Below, in pieces: positions 13,945 through 24,686 of a stretch of DNA of 38,569 nucleotides. The notes under the pieces are model-generated. The model was not told the DNA's origin, did not search any database, and saw nothing but the letters and a program-made list of their open reading frames with translations. Source of the stretch: Octopus bimaculoides. Its lineage: Eukaryota. The stretch's first letter is position 1, and every line of letters begins with the position of its first letter. The stretch is taken from positions 181,368,617 through 181,407,185 of the forward strand of contig NC_068981.1 in assembly GCF_001194135.2 (NCBI RefSeq), given 5' to 3'. A program made the translations under genes and the position numbers.

Positions 13945-13990
13945 GTTATCACATTTCAGCTGATGTACTCTCCAGCCTTCATCAAGTGTT
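13945..13990 (-). ncRNA. Decayed hammerhead-like motif in a Penelope-like repeat remnant
   Basis: The minus strand reads AACAC-TTGATGA-A-GGCTG-gagagtacat-CAGCT-GAAA-TGTG. C3 is T, and two changes look like CpG>TpG. Stem III and the cleavage site are not intact. Confidence 0.35.
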
Positions 13991-14624
13991 CTGGAGGAAT
14001 TTTGAACCCAACCCTTTATTTGACTAATGGGGTACACTTGGTATGTTGCTGATGTTATTTTTCTGTTAATATTATTTTTCAAGTCCCTGACTGGGATTGA
14101 ACTTAGAATCTGAGGGTTAGTAGCCTGCGCTTTTATCCAAGATGAGAACACCTCTCCGTCCATTATAAATAAGGTCATATAATGATTTTACTTTTATTGC
14201 CTTTGAAGTGGAAAAGAAAAGGCTTAAAAAAGAAGGTAATCAAAATACTTATGTCACTGCCTTATTCTACATACCTCCTGGCTATTTAGTATTGCTCTCT
14301 CACCCTGTCGCATGACTGAGGTGCGGTGGGTGGTGAATCAACAAGATAAGTCACATGCTGGAAGTTTGAATGTGTTTAAGCTAACATAATGAAAAGGTGT
14401 TGTACTGCTGCTATTAATCTCTCAAAGAAAAGAGTAGCCAGAAAAAAAAAAAAAAAATTCAAGAGAGAAACTATGTCAGATAAGCTGTAAACAATGTAAT
14501 GATAAAGCTAAACTTTAAATCAGAATTAGAACAGTGTCTTCGGCAGGTTTTCTTTCTCTTAATATTATATTCAGTGTTTTAATTAGATTTTCATAATAGA
14601 TGAGTTAATTTATTCTATCAATCA

Positions 14625-15035
14625 ACATCATCATCATTTGATGTCCACTTTTCCGTTCTTACGTGGGTCAAATAGAAATTGAGGCGGATTTTGACCCAGA
14701 TGCCCTTCCTCTCACTAGCTATCACCTGTTTCTTCACAATGTAATATTTTCCCATGGCTAGACATGTCTTTCATAGAAAACTGAAAATGAACCACCTCAC
14801 TTATGTGATGATGATGCTCATTTACTACTATCACATGATGTCTAGACAAGCATACAAACAGACACGCACACATACGTGTGTGTATATATGTACATATGTA
14901 TATTCAATGGGGTTCTTTCAGTTTCTATCTACCAACTTCACTCACAAGGCTTTGGTCAGCCTTGGGTTATAGTAGAAGATACTTGTCCAAGGTGTCATGG
15001 CTTAGCAACAAGCTTCTTAACCATACATCCACACC
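14625..15035 (-). mobile_element. Chimeric SINE (family D): family A head/CORE + microsatellite + distinct body + RTE-like (GAT)n tail
   Basis: The same architecture occurs at 21327-21750 and 22614-22957. Confidence 0.7.
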
Positions 15036-15475
15036 TGCATCTATAGTCGTATCTGCACCTATGTAAAAGTATATATATTTATTTTTACATATCTTTTCTC
15101 ATCAATATCAACATTTAAATATCAATTTTACAATGGGTTGGATAGGTTTGTCAAACATCTTAATAGTGAGGCACATTTTTTTGGATATAAACATGAAGGG
15201 AAAGAGCAGGGCAAGCAATGGACTTTTCAGCTAAGAAAATAATTATACAAGGTAAAACTTTAATGCTGTTGTCCCATATTTTTTTCTTTCTATACACCAA
15301 TACCTTTCTACTATGTCCAGTAACACCCATTCTTCATTCGTCTCCCCAACTAAACATCATCCACTCACAACCAAGACACCATATGCCAAACCTATACTGA
15401 TTCCTTAAACAGAGACTTTGAGAGAGTCCTTCAATGAGAATATACCAATCTTGCGTCTTTCAGCAGCAAGAAAAC

Positions 15476-15871
15476 ACAAATGCTATTTATTAATTACTGG
15501 TATAGACACGTTTTGTTATGTAACCAAAATATACTACCAAATATAGTAAAGGTTTATAAGTCAATACTGTGTCCCACCTGTGTAAGCAGTGTGATTCAGT
15601 CATGTAAAATTGGTCTATCCAATAGTGTTACACTTTTAAATTTAGTGGCTGCTTAAACAATGTGTTCGTGGATGGTTAATGGGTTGGATGTGATACTGAA
15701 GAAGGAGCAACAACTCCTGAAATATGTATATACACCCATTACCTATTTTTCTATCTTCGATTGCATTGTTTACATAGATGTATTTATATATGAAACATTG
15801 TAACTTTCACTGCTGGCTCTAATTTCTGTAGAAAATCTGTAGCGATAACTTTAAAAACAAATGCTATTTAT
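15476..15871 (+). mobile_element. 366-bp hammerhead-containing insertion (15491-15856) bounded by a 15-bp direct repeat, a putative TSD
   Basis: ACAAATGCTATTTAT occurs exactly at 15476-15490 and 15857-15871, and the hammerhead lies between the copies. Confidence 0.55.
15674..15743 (+). ncRNA. Type I minimal hammerhead ribozyme motif (Penelope/retrozyme-like)
   Basis: Core CTGAAGA at 15696-15702. Stem II is AGGAG/CTCCT with loop CAACAA. GAAA at 15719-15722. Minimal stem III ATATGT, with cleavage triplet GTA at 15726-15728. Stem I is AATGGG-ttgga-TGT-g-ATA paired with TAT-ACA-CCCATT. Confidence 0.7.
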
Positions 15872-16475
15872 GTTAAGGAAACATCACCTCACCACACGTC
15901 CTTGATCATACACAGTCCTCAACTTGAGTCTTTCTAATCGCTCCAATTTTTGAGCCTCACTATTACTGAGGACCTCTCCTAGTCAAAGCAAGCACATCCA
16001 TAGCACTGCTAGGACCACATCTCAATGAGTGATCCAGGTCAGAAGACACTTCAATCTCCAAGAATGATCCATACTCTAGAAAGCTCAAGTGAGGATCACA
16101 ATAAAGTGTTGTTCTCACATCAGTGAAAGGCAAGCAATTCTCATACTAAATTATATATAGTTTCATTCAGGAGAAAATGAGGTAAAGAAAGAGTCCTAGA
16201 AGGATGTAATTCTAGGGTTATAAGAGTGATCGATTGGGGTAATGCTGTTGTTTAACTCCTAGTTAATTTTGATCAAATAGATCTATGATCTAAAGCATTC
16301 TAGCTATGATCTTCATGTCTTCTTTTTCAGATACACCTAAGACTGCATTTTTCAAGGGAGGTTTGGATACTATTTCTAGCAGGCTAATCAACCAGGTAGA
16401 GGTCGTCCTTATTGGCTCAACTGGGGTGAAGTATTTAGTACAACTTCTAAAGAAATTAGATAAAATGTAACAGGA

Positions 16476-16700
16476 TTAACCCTTTAGCATTCAGATTATT
16501 CAACCAAGTGTAATGCTTATTTATTTAAATTGTTTTGATTTACTCATGTATTATCATGTAGCTTTGAGATTCTGATGATGTGATTGCTTATTTTTAGAAT
16601 GAAATTGCAGGGTAGGTATGAGAGGCCACAGCTGACTGGTTTGGACATAGAAGGGATTGAATATTTTGGCTCAGTATGGGCGGTTTAAATGCTATATTAA
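16476..16700 (+). mobile_element. piggyBac-type MITE, family P1
   Basis: Begins TTAA-CCCTTTAGCATT and ends GTTTAAATGCTA(ta)TTAA. About 225 bp, non-coding, three copies in the window. Confidence 0.65.
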
Positions 16701-17352
16701 CTGGGGGAGGGCAGCATAGTGAGAAATTAATTCAAAGGAGCAAGTATTAAAGTAAGGAGAGAAAGAGAGAGAGAGGACATCATTTGGTTTTCCCAGACTT
16801 TAGAGCTTGTTTCTGATGACAAATGATATTTTCTTCTATTTGATGTAATATCTATTTGAACAACTGATAAAGTTGATATGTAAAAGCATGGAAAAAGAAA
16901 AGAAAAAGAAAAAGGAATAAGTTAAAGCAATGATTAGAGTTGGTTAGATTTGCTTGAGATTCTACATACAATTTATTTTTCCTTTTATCAAACTCTTCTT
17001 TATGTTTCAATATGTCATTAATTGCATATGAAGTTCTTGAGGAAGCTTAATGAGAACTTCAGAGGCAGATGAAGATCGATTATGTTGATGTTATTTATTA
17101 ACCACAGATCAATCTTGATAGAGAAGATTTATGGTCAAAGGCCATAATCATCATAACTGAAGCCATAATCATCTTGTCTTCGTGTTTTTCTTGGGAATAG
17201 GAATAAAAAAAATAAAATAAAACAAACAAGCTAGCCATCACTCACAAAAAAAGTATGGCTTTGTAGCATGTATCACACCTTTGCCAATTGCTTTAGGTGT
17301 GTGTTGTCAGGTACCTTCTAAGATCTTTCACCTCTGACCAAGAGTAATATTT

Positions 17353-17608
17353 CCCTTTAGCATTCAGATGACTCTGTCAAATGTTATGCTTGTTTATTCA
17401 CATTTTAAAAAATTAATCATGCATCATCTTGTAGCTTCAAGATTGTGAAGGAGTGGCTGTGTGGTAAGTAGCTTGCTTACCAACCACATGGTTCCGGGCT
17501 CAGTCCCACTGCGTGGCACCTTGAACACGTATCTTCTACTATAGCCTGGGGCTGACCAAAGCCTTGTGAGTAGATTTGGTAGACGGAAACTGAAAGAAGC
17601 CCATCGTA

Positions 17609-17663
<55 letters not shown>

Positions 17664-18017
17664 ATGTGTGTGTATATGTGTGTCTGTGTTTGTCCCCCCC
17701 CCCCAACATCGCTTGACAACCGATGGTGGTGTGTTTACCTCCCCGTAACTTAGTGGTTCGGCATAAGAGACCGATAGAATAACTATTAGGCTTACAAAGA
17801 ATAAGTCCTGGGGTCGATTTGCTCGACTACAGGCAGTGCTCCAGCATGGCCGCAGTCAAATGACAAACAAATAAAAGAGTAAAAAAAAAAGAGTATGTGA
17901 TTGTTTAATTTTAAAATGACATTGTACAGTAGGTGTAAGTAACCAGATCTAGCTGGTTTGAACATAAAACTGGTAAAATATTTTGGGGCAGATATGGCTG
18001 GTTTAAATGCTAAGGGT
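17353..18017 (+). mobile_element. MITE P1 interrupted by the family A SINE at 17450-17894
   Basis: 17353-17449 and 17895-18017 join to align with 16480-16695. Confidence 0.7.
17450..17894 (+). mobile_element. Full-length tRNA/CORE-type SINE (family A, resembling octopus OR2 type) with internal (TA)n(TG)n
   Basis: Head GGAGTGGCTGTGTGGTAAG with B-box-like GG(G/T)TCAGTCCC, then a CORE-like CCTTG(GG)CAAGTGTCTT region, a microsatellite, and tail GCTCCAGCATGGCCGCAGTC...AAAAGAGT. The family name is my inference. Confidence 0.85.
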
Positions 18018-18674
18018 GAAAATGTGGCAGCAGGAGTAAGAAAGAGAGAGAGTGGGGAGAGGGGCTGCTCTAGGTACTGGACTGGTATTCATTTTCAGTT
18101 GAGTAGATAGGAAAATTTGAAATACCTTGCTGAAGGATAGAACATGCAGCCCAATCTAGGAAATGAACTCATGACTTTAAGGCCATGAGCCGAAAGTATT
18201 AACTACTAGGCCATGTGTTTTTTGTACTATGTCTTTTTTTTTTTGAACTGTAAGATGGAATTTGGAGGAAATTTGGTTACTATTTCTAGAATTTCAGTGA
18301 TCACATAGAAGTTCCCTAATTGGCTCATTTAATATCAGGGAAACTGGCTATTGAAGATAATGAGAGCTGCAAGGGAGGTGGTTCTTCTGCTTTCTAATAT
18401 ACTCATTAAGATGCCTCATTAATTCAGTTAAGAATGCCAATTTCCACAATAAATAATTGTTTGACGTGTAATCCAGTGGGATAATTAAGGTATGCTAGTT
18501 AAAGAATAACGAGTTGATTATAGAACTGACCTTTAGGAATTCAGACAACTACATTTAAGATGGCAGAGATAGAGATGATACTAAAGGATGTCAAGTTAAA
18601 GAGTACTCCCTTGTGTGAACAACATTTCAAACCACAACTGGCACATTTGTTTTAATACATCTAAGGTTATAAAA

Positions 18675-18893
18675 GGCAGTGAAATAGCAGAACTGTTAGC
18701 TTGCTGGAAAAAAATGCTTAGTGGCATTTTATCCATCTTTTTGTTCTGGGTTCAGATGCTGCTGAAGTTGACTTTGCCTTTCATCCTTTCAGGTTTGATA
18801 AAATAAGTACCAGTTAAGCACTGGGGATCAATGTAATCAACTTCTCCCTCCCCTCAAAACTGTTGCGCTTGTGTCAAAATTTGAAACTAATAT
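18675..18893 (+). mobile_element. SINE-like family G (…gttgactttgcctttcatcctttc…gataaaataagtaccag…); other copies on - at about 10912-11085, 35041-35180 and 36925-37110
   Basis: The block is shared among four loci, seen by eye. Confidence 0.6.
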
Positions 18894-19240
18894 ATCTCAG
18901 GCTACACTATCAAATTCATCCTTTTTTTTTTTAAAGTGGATAAGGAAACCTAGCTGTTATTTCTAGTAGGTTGAGCAATAATGCAGAATCACTCTTGGTG
19001 GTTTGAACATATTGTGCAGTACTTTTAAAGGGTGGAATGAAGATTTTAGTGGTGCCAGGACCAGATTAAGGCCTATAGAAGCCCTAAGCACTTAGAAGAT
19101 TCTGATGCCCTCAAATATATGTAATTCAAAATTTAAACAGTGATAAACCATAAAATAATTTTCTACTTTTCAAAATGAAACAAAACTAACAGTAAAATGA
19201 AAAGTAATGTTTACTTTTGCATATGTCTGCTTTATTTGTA

Positions 19241-19634
19241 TTTACTCTTTTACTTGTTTCAGTCATTTGACTGTGGCCATGCTGGAGCACCGCCTTTAGT
19301 CAAGCAAATCAACCCCAAGACTTATTCTATGTAAGCCTAGTACTTATTCTATCGGTCTCTTTTGCCGAACCGCTAAGTTACAGGGGCGTAAACACACCAC
19401 CATCGGTTGTCAAGCGATGTTGGGAGGGTCAAACACTGACACACAAACATATACACACACACACACACACACATACATATATATGATGGGCTTCTTTCAG
19501 TTTCCGTCTACTAAATCCACTCACAATGTTTTTGTCGGCCCGAGGCTATAGTAGAAGATACTTGCCCAAGGTGCCACACAGTGGGATTGAACCTGGAACC
19601 ATGTGGTTTGCTACTTACCACACAGCCACTCCTA
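19241..19634 (-). mobile_element. Full-length family A SINE
   Basis: Reverse complement of 17450-17894. Confidence 0.85.
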
Positions 19635-19912
19635 TTTAAAAACTTTTCTACTACTTTTTCTTAAAATGCAAAGACTTTGATCAGATCTTCACTATGACAC
19701 CAGAAAAACTTTGAAATTATATTTCCAATCATATAAACCACATTAAATATTATTTTAGCAAGTTCAAAGTGATTTCTTTTGTGCCATAAACCATTTACTA
19801 TCCCTTCCTTTGATACCTTAAGCATGTGCTTATTTTGCTTAATGGTTAATCCAGCACTGAGTGGTGTCAAGTTGATGTAGATTAACCTTAGTTCATAACT
19901 ATTTTAATGGAC

Positions 19913-19980
19913 CAGGGGTTAGCTAACTTTTTCAAAATTGGGCCAGGATAGGAATGTTACACTTTGCAGGCCCAGACGAA
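19913..19980 (+). mobile_element. Possible hAT/Charlie-like terminal fragment
   Basis: CAGGGGTTAGCTAACTTTTTC...GGGCCAG...TTTGCAGGCC resembles Charlie-type ends as I remember them; no matching right end was found. Confidence 0.3.
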
Positions 19981-19992
19981 TAGAAAATGAAA

Positions 19993-20905
19993 TCATCATC
20001 ATCATCATCATCGTTTAACGTCCGCTTTCCATGCTAGCATGGGTTGGACGATTTGACTGAGGACTGGTGAAACCGGATGGCAACACCAGGCTCCAGTCTG
20101 ATTTGGCAGAGTTTCTACAGCTGGATGCCCTTCCTAACGCCAACCACTCAGAGAGTGTAGTGGGTGCTTTTACGTGTCACCCGCACGAAAACGGCCACGC
20201 TCGAAATGGTGTCTTTTATGTGCCACCCGNNNNNNNNNNNNNNNNNNNNNNNNNNNNNNNNNNNNNNNNNNNNNNNNNNNNNNNNNNNNNNNNNNNNNNN
20301 NNNNNNNNNNNNNNNNNNNNNNNNNNNNNNNNNNNNNNNNNNNNNNNNNNNNNNNNNNNNNNNNNNNNNNNNNNNNNNNNNNNNNNNNNNNNNNNNNNNN
20401 NNNNNNNNNNNNNNNNNNNNNNNNNNNNNNNNNNNNNNNNNNNNNNNNNNNNNNNNNNNNNNNNNNNNNNNNNNNNNNNNNNNNNNNNNNNNNNNNNNNN
20501 NNNNNNNNNNNNNNNNNNNNNNNNNNNNNNNNNNNNNNNNNNNNNNNNNNNNNNNNNNNNNNNNNNNNNNNNNNNNNNNNNNNNNNNNNNNNNNNNNNNN
20601 NNNNNNNCCCATTTCCAAAGGTCTCGGTCCGTAGTCATCGCCTCGGTGAGGCCCAATGTACGAAGGTCTTGCCTCACCACCTCAGCCCAGGTCTTCCTGG
20701 GCCTACCTCTTCCACGGGTTCCCTCAACTGTTAGGGTGTGGCACTTTTTCACGCAGCTATCCTCCTCCATTCTCACCACATGTCCATACCAGCGCAATCG
20801 TCTCTCTTGCACGCCACAACTGATGCTTCTAATGTTCAGCTTTTCTCTCAAGATACTTACACTCTGACGGGTATTCACATTGACATTACACATCCAACGG
20901 AGCAT
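19993..20905 (-). mobile_element. 5'-truncated RTE-clade LINE: ORF C-terminus (20905-20628), gap, 3' UTR and (GAT)n tail
   Basis: Translation MLRWMC...RRLRWYGHVVRM...GRGRPRKTW...DRDLW is typical of the RTE ORF end. There are no stops in the visible part. The 3' UTR ends in GTTAAAC(GAT)n. Confidence 0.9.
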
Positions 20906-21326
20906 AAAGGATTATAAAAGGCTATAAAACGCAGCTATTTAAAAAAAAATTAATTTAAGGTTTTTTGTTATGAGAACAGCAAAATACTTGCTGTTTGTAT
21001 GAGGGTGGTGGTGGTGGAAGCAAAATATTGTCAAAAATAACAGTAAGTGGCAATCATTTAACACCGACCTACAAACAGATTTAATGTATTTCAGGTTGAA
21101 AAATGTTTTTTTTTTCTTTCACTTTTTGCATAAATCAGGTTGTGTGAAATACTGAAATCCCAACCATAAACAAAAGATTTTAAAAAAGAATATTCTTCAT
21201 TTGAGAAGGAGATTTTCTACTTGTTTCTTAACATGTTATTTGACTGCAAATCACTAACTTTCAGTTGAAGATCTGAAGTGAATTCCTTGACAATGTAGTC
21301 AAAGGGATTAAGACAATTTTTTAAAA

Positions 21327-21750
21327 TCATCATCATCATCATATAACGTCCATTTTACTATGTTAGCACTGGTTTAGACAGAGTTTGTTGAAGCAGATTT
21401 TTTGCAGTTAGATGCCCTTCCTGTTGCCAACCCTCATTTGTTTCCAAACAAAGTAATATTTTTCTATGACTAGTTTCTGATGGAAGACTAGAAACAAACA
21501 ATTTCACTTGTATGTCGATAGTAATCCTTCACAAATATCACATGATGCCTATGTAAGGATACAGACACAAAGACACTCACACAAATACACACACAAAACC
21601 GGCTTCTTTCAGTTTCCATTTACCAAATCCACTCATAAGGCTTTGGTTGGCTTAAGGCTGTAGTGGAAGACACTTGTTCAAGATGCCAGGAAGTGGGACT
21701 GAATCTAACACCACATGGTTAGGAAGCAAGCTTCTTAACCAGTCACATTT
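21327..21750 (-). mobile_element. Chimeric SINE family D
   Basis: The + strand reads (CAT)n, tgcccttcctgttgccaaccctc, gtaatattt, (CA)n, then ttctttcagtttcc...ccaaatccactc head sequence. Confidence 0.75.
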
Positions 21751-22118
21751 GCACCTCATGCTTTCACATTATCATAGAGAATTGAAAAATGCTATGGTAC
21801 CTATAGCATTCAAACTGGTGAGAATATGTTCAGTAAATCCAAAAGGATATGAAGAATTTCCTTCTTGTATTTTTCACAGCTGGGTATGTGATTAACGTTA
21901 CTAACTGGGAGTCAAAAACAATTGATGTATATCAAAAAGTTATCATTGCAGACTATACCTAGCATATAAGCTTAGAATCACCTTGTAATATAAGATTTAA
22001 GATACCTCGTTAAGCTAGTTAAGAATACTAATTTCCACAATCATTCACCATTTGCAGGGAGCATGATCTTTCTCATTCAAGAAAATGCAAGTCCTCATCT
22101 CAAGTAACTTAAATATTA

Positions 22119-22328
22119 TTAACCCTTTTGTTAACATATCTCTGTGTCAATAAACTGTCTTTGTTTCAATTCATTTTGAAAATAATTTTGTCATTATTAA
22201 GTTGGTGTTTGGAACTTTAATATACATAAAATTTTAACAAGAAGGCTTTAATTAAGATCACTTTAAAGCAGGAAGCTTGTAACATACAAATAGGAGCAGT
22301 CTCAAGAGGTCTGTATCAAAAAGGTGAA
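22119..22328 (+). mobile_element. piggyBac-type MITE, family P2
   Basis: Begins TTAACCCTTTTGTTA and ends ATCAAAAAGGTGAA; the body aligns with 3363-3575. Confidence 0.55.
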
Positions 22329-22613
22329 GCCATCTTACAAACAAATGATACTCCCAAAATGTTCAGAACCGGCAATAACTGAGTGCATGCAATCAAATAA
22401 AATTCATTATTGACATGAATGATTCTATTTACTAAAGACAAATTTGTTTTCCACAAACTGCCTGTTGAATGATGCAGTGAAACTCTATAGGTTTTGTACA
22501 TCTGATATAGTGTAGCAAGCTTTGTAGACTTGCCCAACAAAAAATTTTCCAGCACCACACATATAATTTTTCCCCATTAGTTGCAATACACTTTGGATTT
22601 TGTCATATCAGGT

Positions 22614-22957
22614 TCATCATCAACATCATCATTTTTAATGTCCACTTTTCCATGCTTGAATGGGTCTATTGCAATTAGCTGAAGCAGATTTTCTATAGCT
22701 AGATGCCCTTCCTCTCACCTGTTTCCAAGTAAAATAATATCTCTCCTATGACCAAACATATTTTCATGAAAGATTGGGAATGGAAGATACTGCATGTATG
22801 ATAGTGACACTTATTAACAACTATTATGTGATGTTAAGGTAACACACACACACGTGATGGACTTCTTTCAGTTTCTGTTGACTAAATCCATTCACAAGGC
22901 TTTGGTCAACACTTGCCAAAGGTGGCACACACAGTGAGACTGAATCCAAAACAATGC
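22614..22957 (-). mobile_element. Chimeric SINE family D with a truncated head
   Basis: Aligns with 21327-21720. Confidence 0.7.
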
Positions 22958-23305
22958 GTGGCACTTTCGGGCAAGTGTATTCTGCTACAGCCCTTGGGTA
23001 ACCAAAGCCTTGTGAGTAGATTGTACTTAATGCTTGTTCATCTCTTTAAAACTGTCTTCTTTGTTAGTAATTCTTCTACACATGTTGCTCCACGAAGCTA
23101 GTTCTTCATCTAGTATTTACTCCCCAAATGAACAATAACAGTACTGGAATGCCAAACACATCTGTTGATTCATTAAAAATCTATTGTTTGTTTAATTAAT
23201 ACAGGCTGCTGTTACCTATAGCTTCAATGCTTTTATCTATGGTTTCCTTGTATTTTTAAAATTTTTCTGAAAGAACCAATATTCCTGAATATTCCTTATG
23301 TCCAC

Positions 23306-23750
23306 CCCCCTTGTAAACATAAGGACACAGGAAATGTGTCAAGGCCGACAGGAAGTGGTGCAGATTCCTAGGGCTAAATAGCAGTAGTATTATTCCCTTC
23401 ATAGGACTGTCACATTAAGTTGACAGCATACAACTACTTTATCGCATCACTACTGCATAAATCTCTCTGAGAGATTTAGAAATGTATTATTTCTATTTTT
23501 GAAATCAGTGAATGTATTTCACTAGAATTATTATATGTTTACAAGACCATGACGAGCAAAGACTCAGAAACATGTCTCTGGATGCAGGCTTAGCTGGGTG
23601 GGGGTGCTTGTCTCCCCCTTGTAAACATAAGGACACAGGAAATGTGTCAAGGCCAACAGGAAGCAGTGCAGCTTCCTAGGGCTAAATAGCAGTAGCATTA
23701 TTCCCTTCATGGGACTGTCACATTAAGTTGACAACATACAACTACTTTAT
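23306..23750. repeat. 137-bp direct repeat pair (23306-23442 and 23614-23750) with a 171-bp spacer
   Basis: Seven substitutions and no indels by eye. Confidence 0.9.
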
Positions 23751-23762
23751 ATATATATATAT

Positions 23763-24135
23763 ATATAGCTTTTTTTTACTTGTTTAAACTGCAGCCAAAC
23801 TGGGGGCACCACCTTGAAGAATTTTTAGTCAAATGGATTGACCCTTCTACTGATTTCTTTAAGTTTGGTACTTACTCTATTGATCTTTTTTTGCCAAACC
23901 ATTAAGTTACAGGGAGGCAAACACACCAACACCAGTCATCAAACAGTGGTGAGGAACAAACACAGACACAAAGACACACACACAATGGGCTTGTTTCAGT
24001 TTCTATCTACCAAATCCACTCACAAGACTTTGGTCGGGCCACGGCTGTAGCAGAAGACACTTGCCCAAGGTGCTATGCAGTGGGACTGAACCCTGAACCA
24101 TGTGGTTGGGAAGCAAGCTTCCCACCACACAGACA
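23763..24135 (-). mobile_element. Family A SINE
   Basis: Body and head match, with a deletion in the tail. Confidence 0.8.
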
Positions 24136-24459
24136 CACACGCATGTGTATATGTGTGTGTGTATTGTTAAACATCACGTGTTCTTAAAATGGTAATGAAA
24201 TACAGGTTGAAAACACAGAACAATACAACAGGTTTCAAAGGGCAACATTAATAAAAGGTTATATAAATATAATAAATACATAACATATATGTTAAAAAAC
24301 AGAAACAAGATAATTTGCCAGTGATGGTCTGATCAAACTCATCTAACAAGTTGATGGCCACTGTCTATCTGTGTGTTTGTATGTACATACGTACATGTGT
24401 GTGTGTATATATATGTAGGTATGTGTGTGTGTATGCGTATGCATATATGTATTTAAGTA

Positions 24460-24686
24460 TGTGTGTGTGTGTGCATTTCCTTGTCTTGACAATTGTAAAT
24501 GAGTGTCACGGTCATTCATTTCTAATATTCTGCATAAACATATCTGACCCTGGGGAAATATTACTTTGCTCAGAAGGAAGTGAGGGTTAGTGACAGGAAA
24601 GTCATCCAGCTGTAGAAAATCTATTTTAATAAACTCAGTGCGGCTCACATATGCATGGACAAGTGGACCTTAAACCGATGATGATA
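24460..24686 (+). mobile_element. Family D 3' part (body + RTE-like tail)
   Basis: Reverse complement of the family D body; ends cttaaaccgatgatgat. Confidence 0.6.

Noticed and set aside
20057-20080. CTGAGGA-ctggt-GAAAC-CG hammerhead-like string antisense to RTE tails (also near 5943 and 31882)
   Set aside because: There is no stem II between the core halves and no GUH after GAAAC-CG; it is a chance match.
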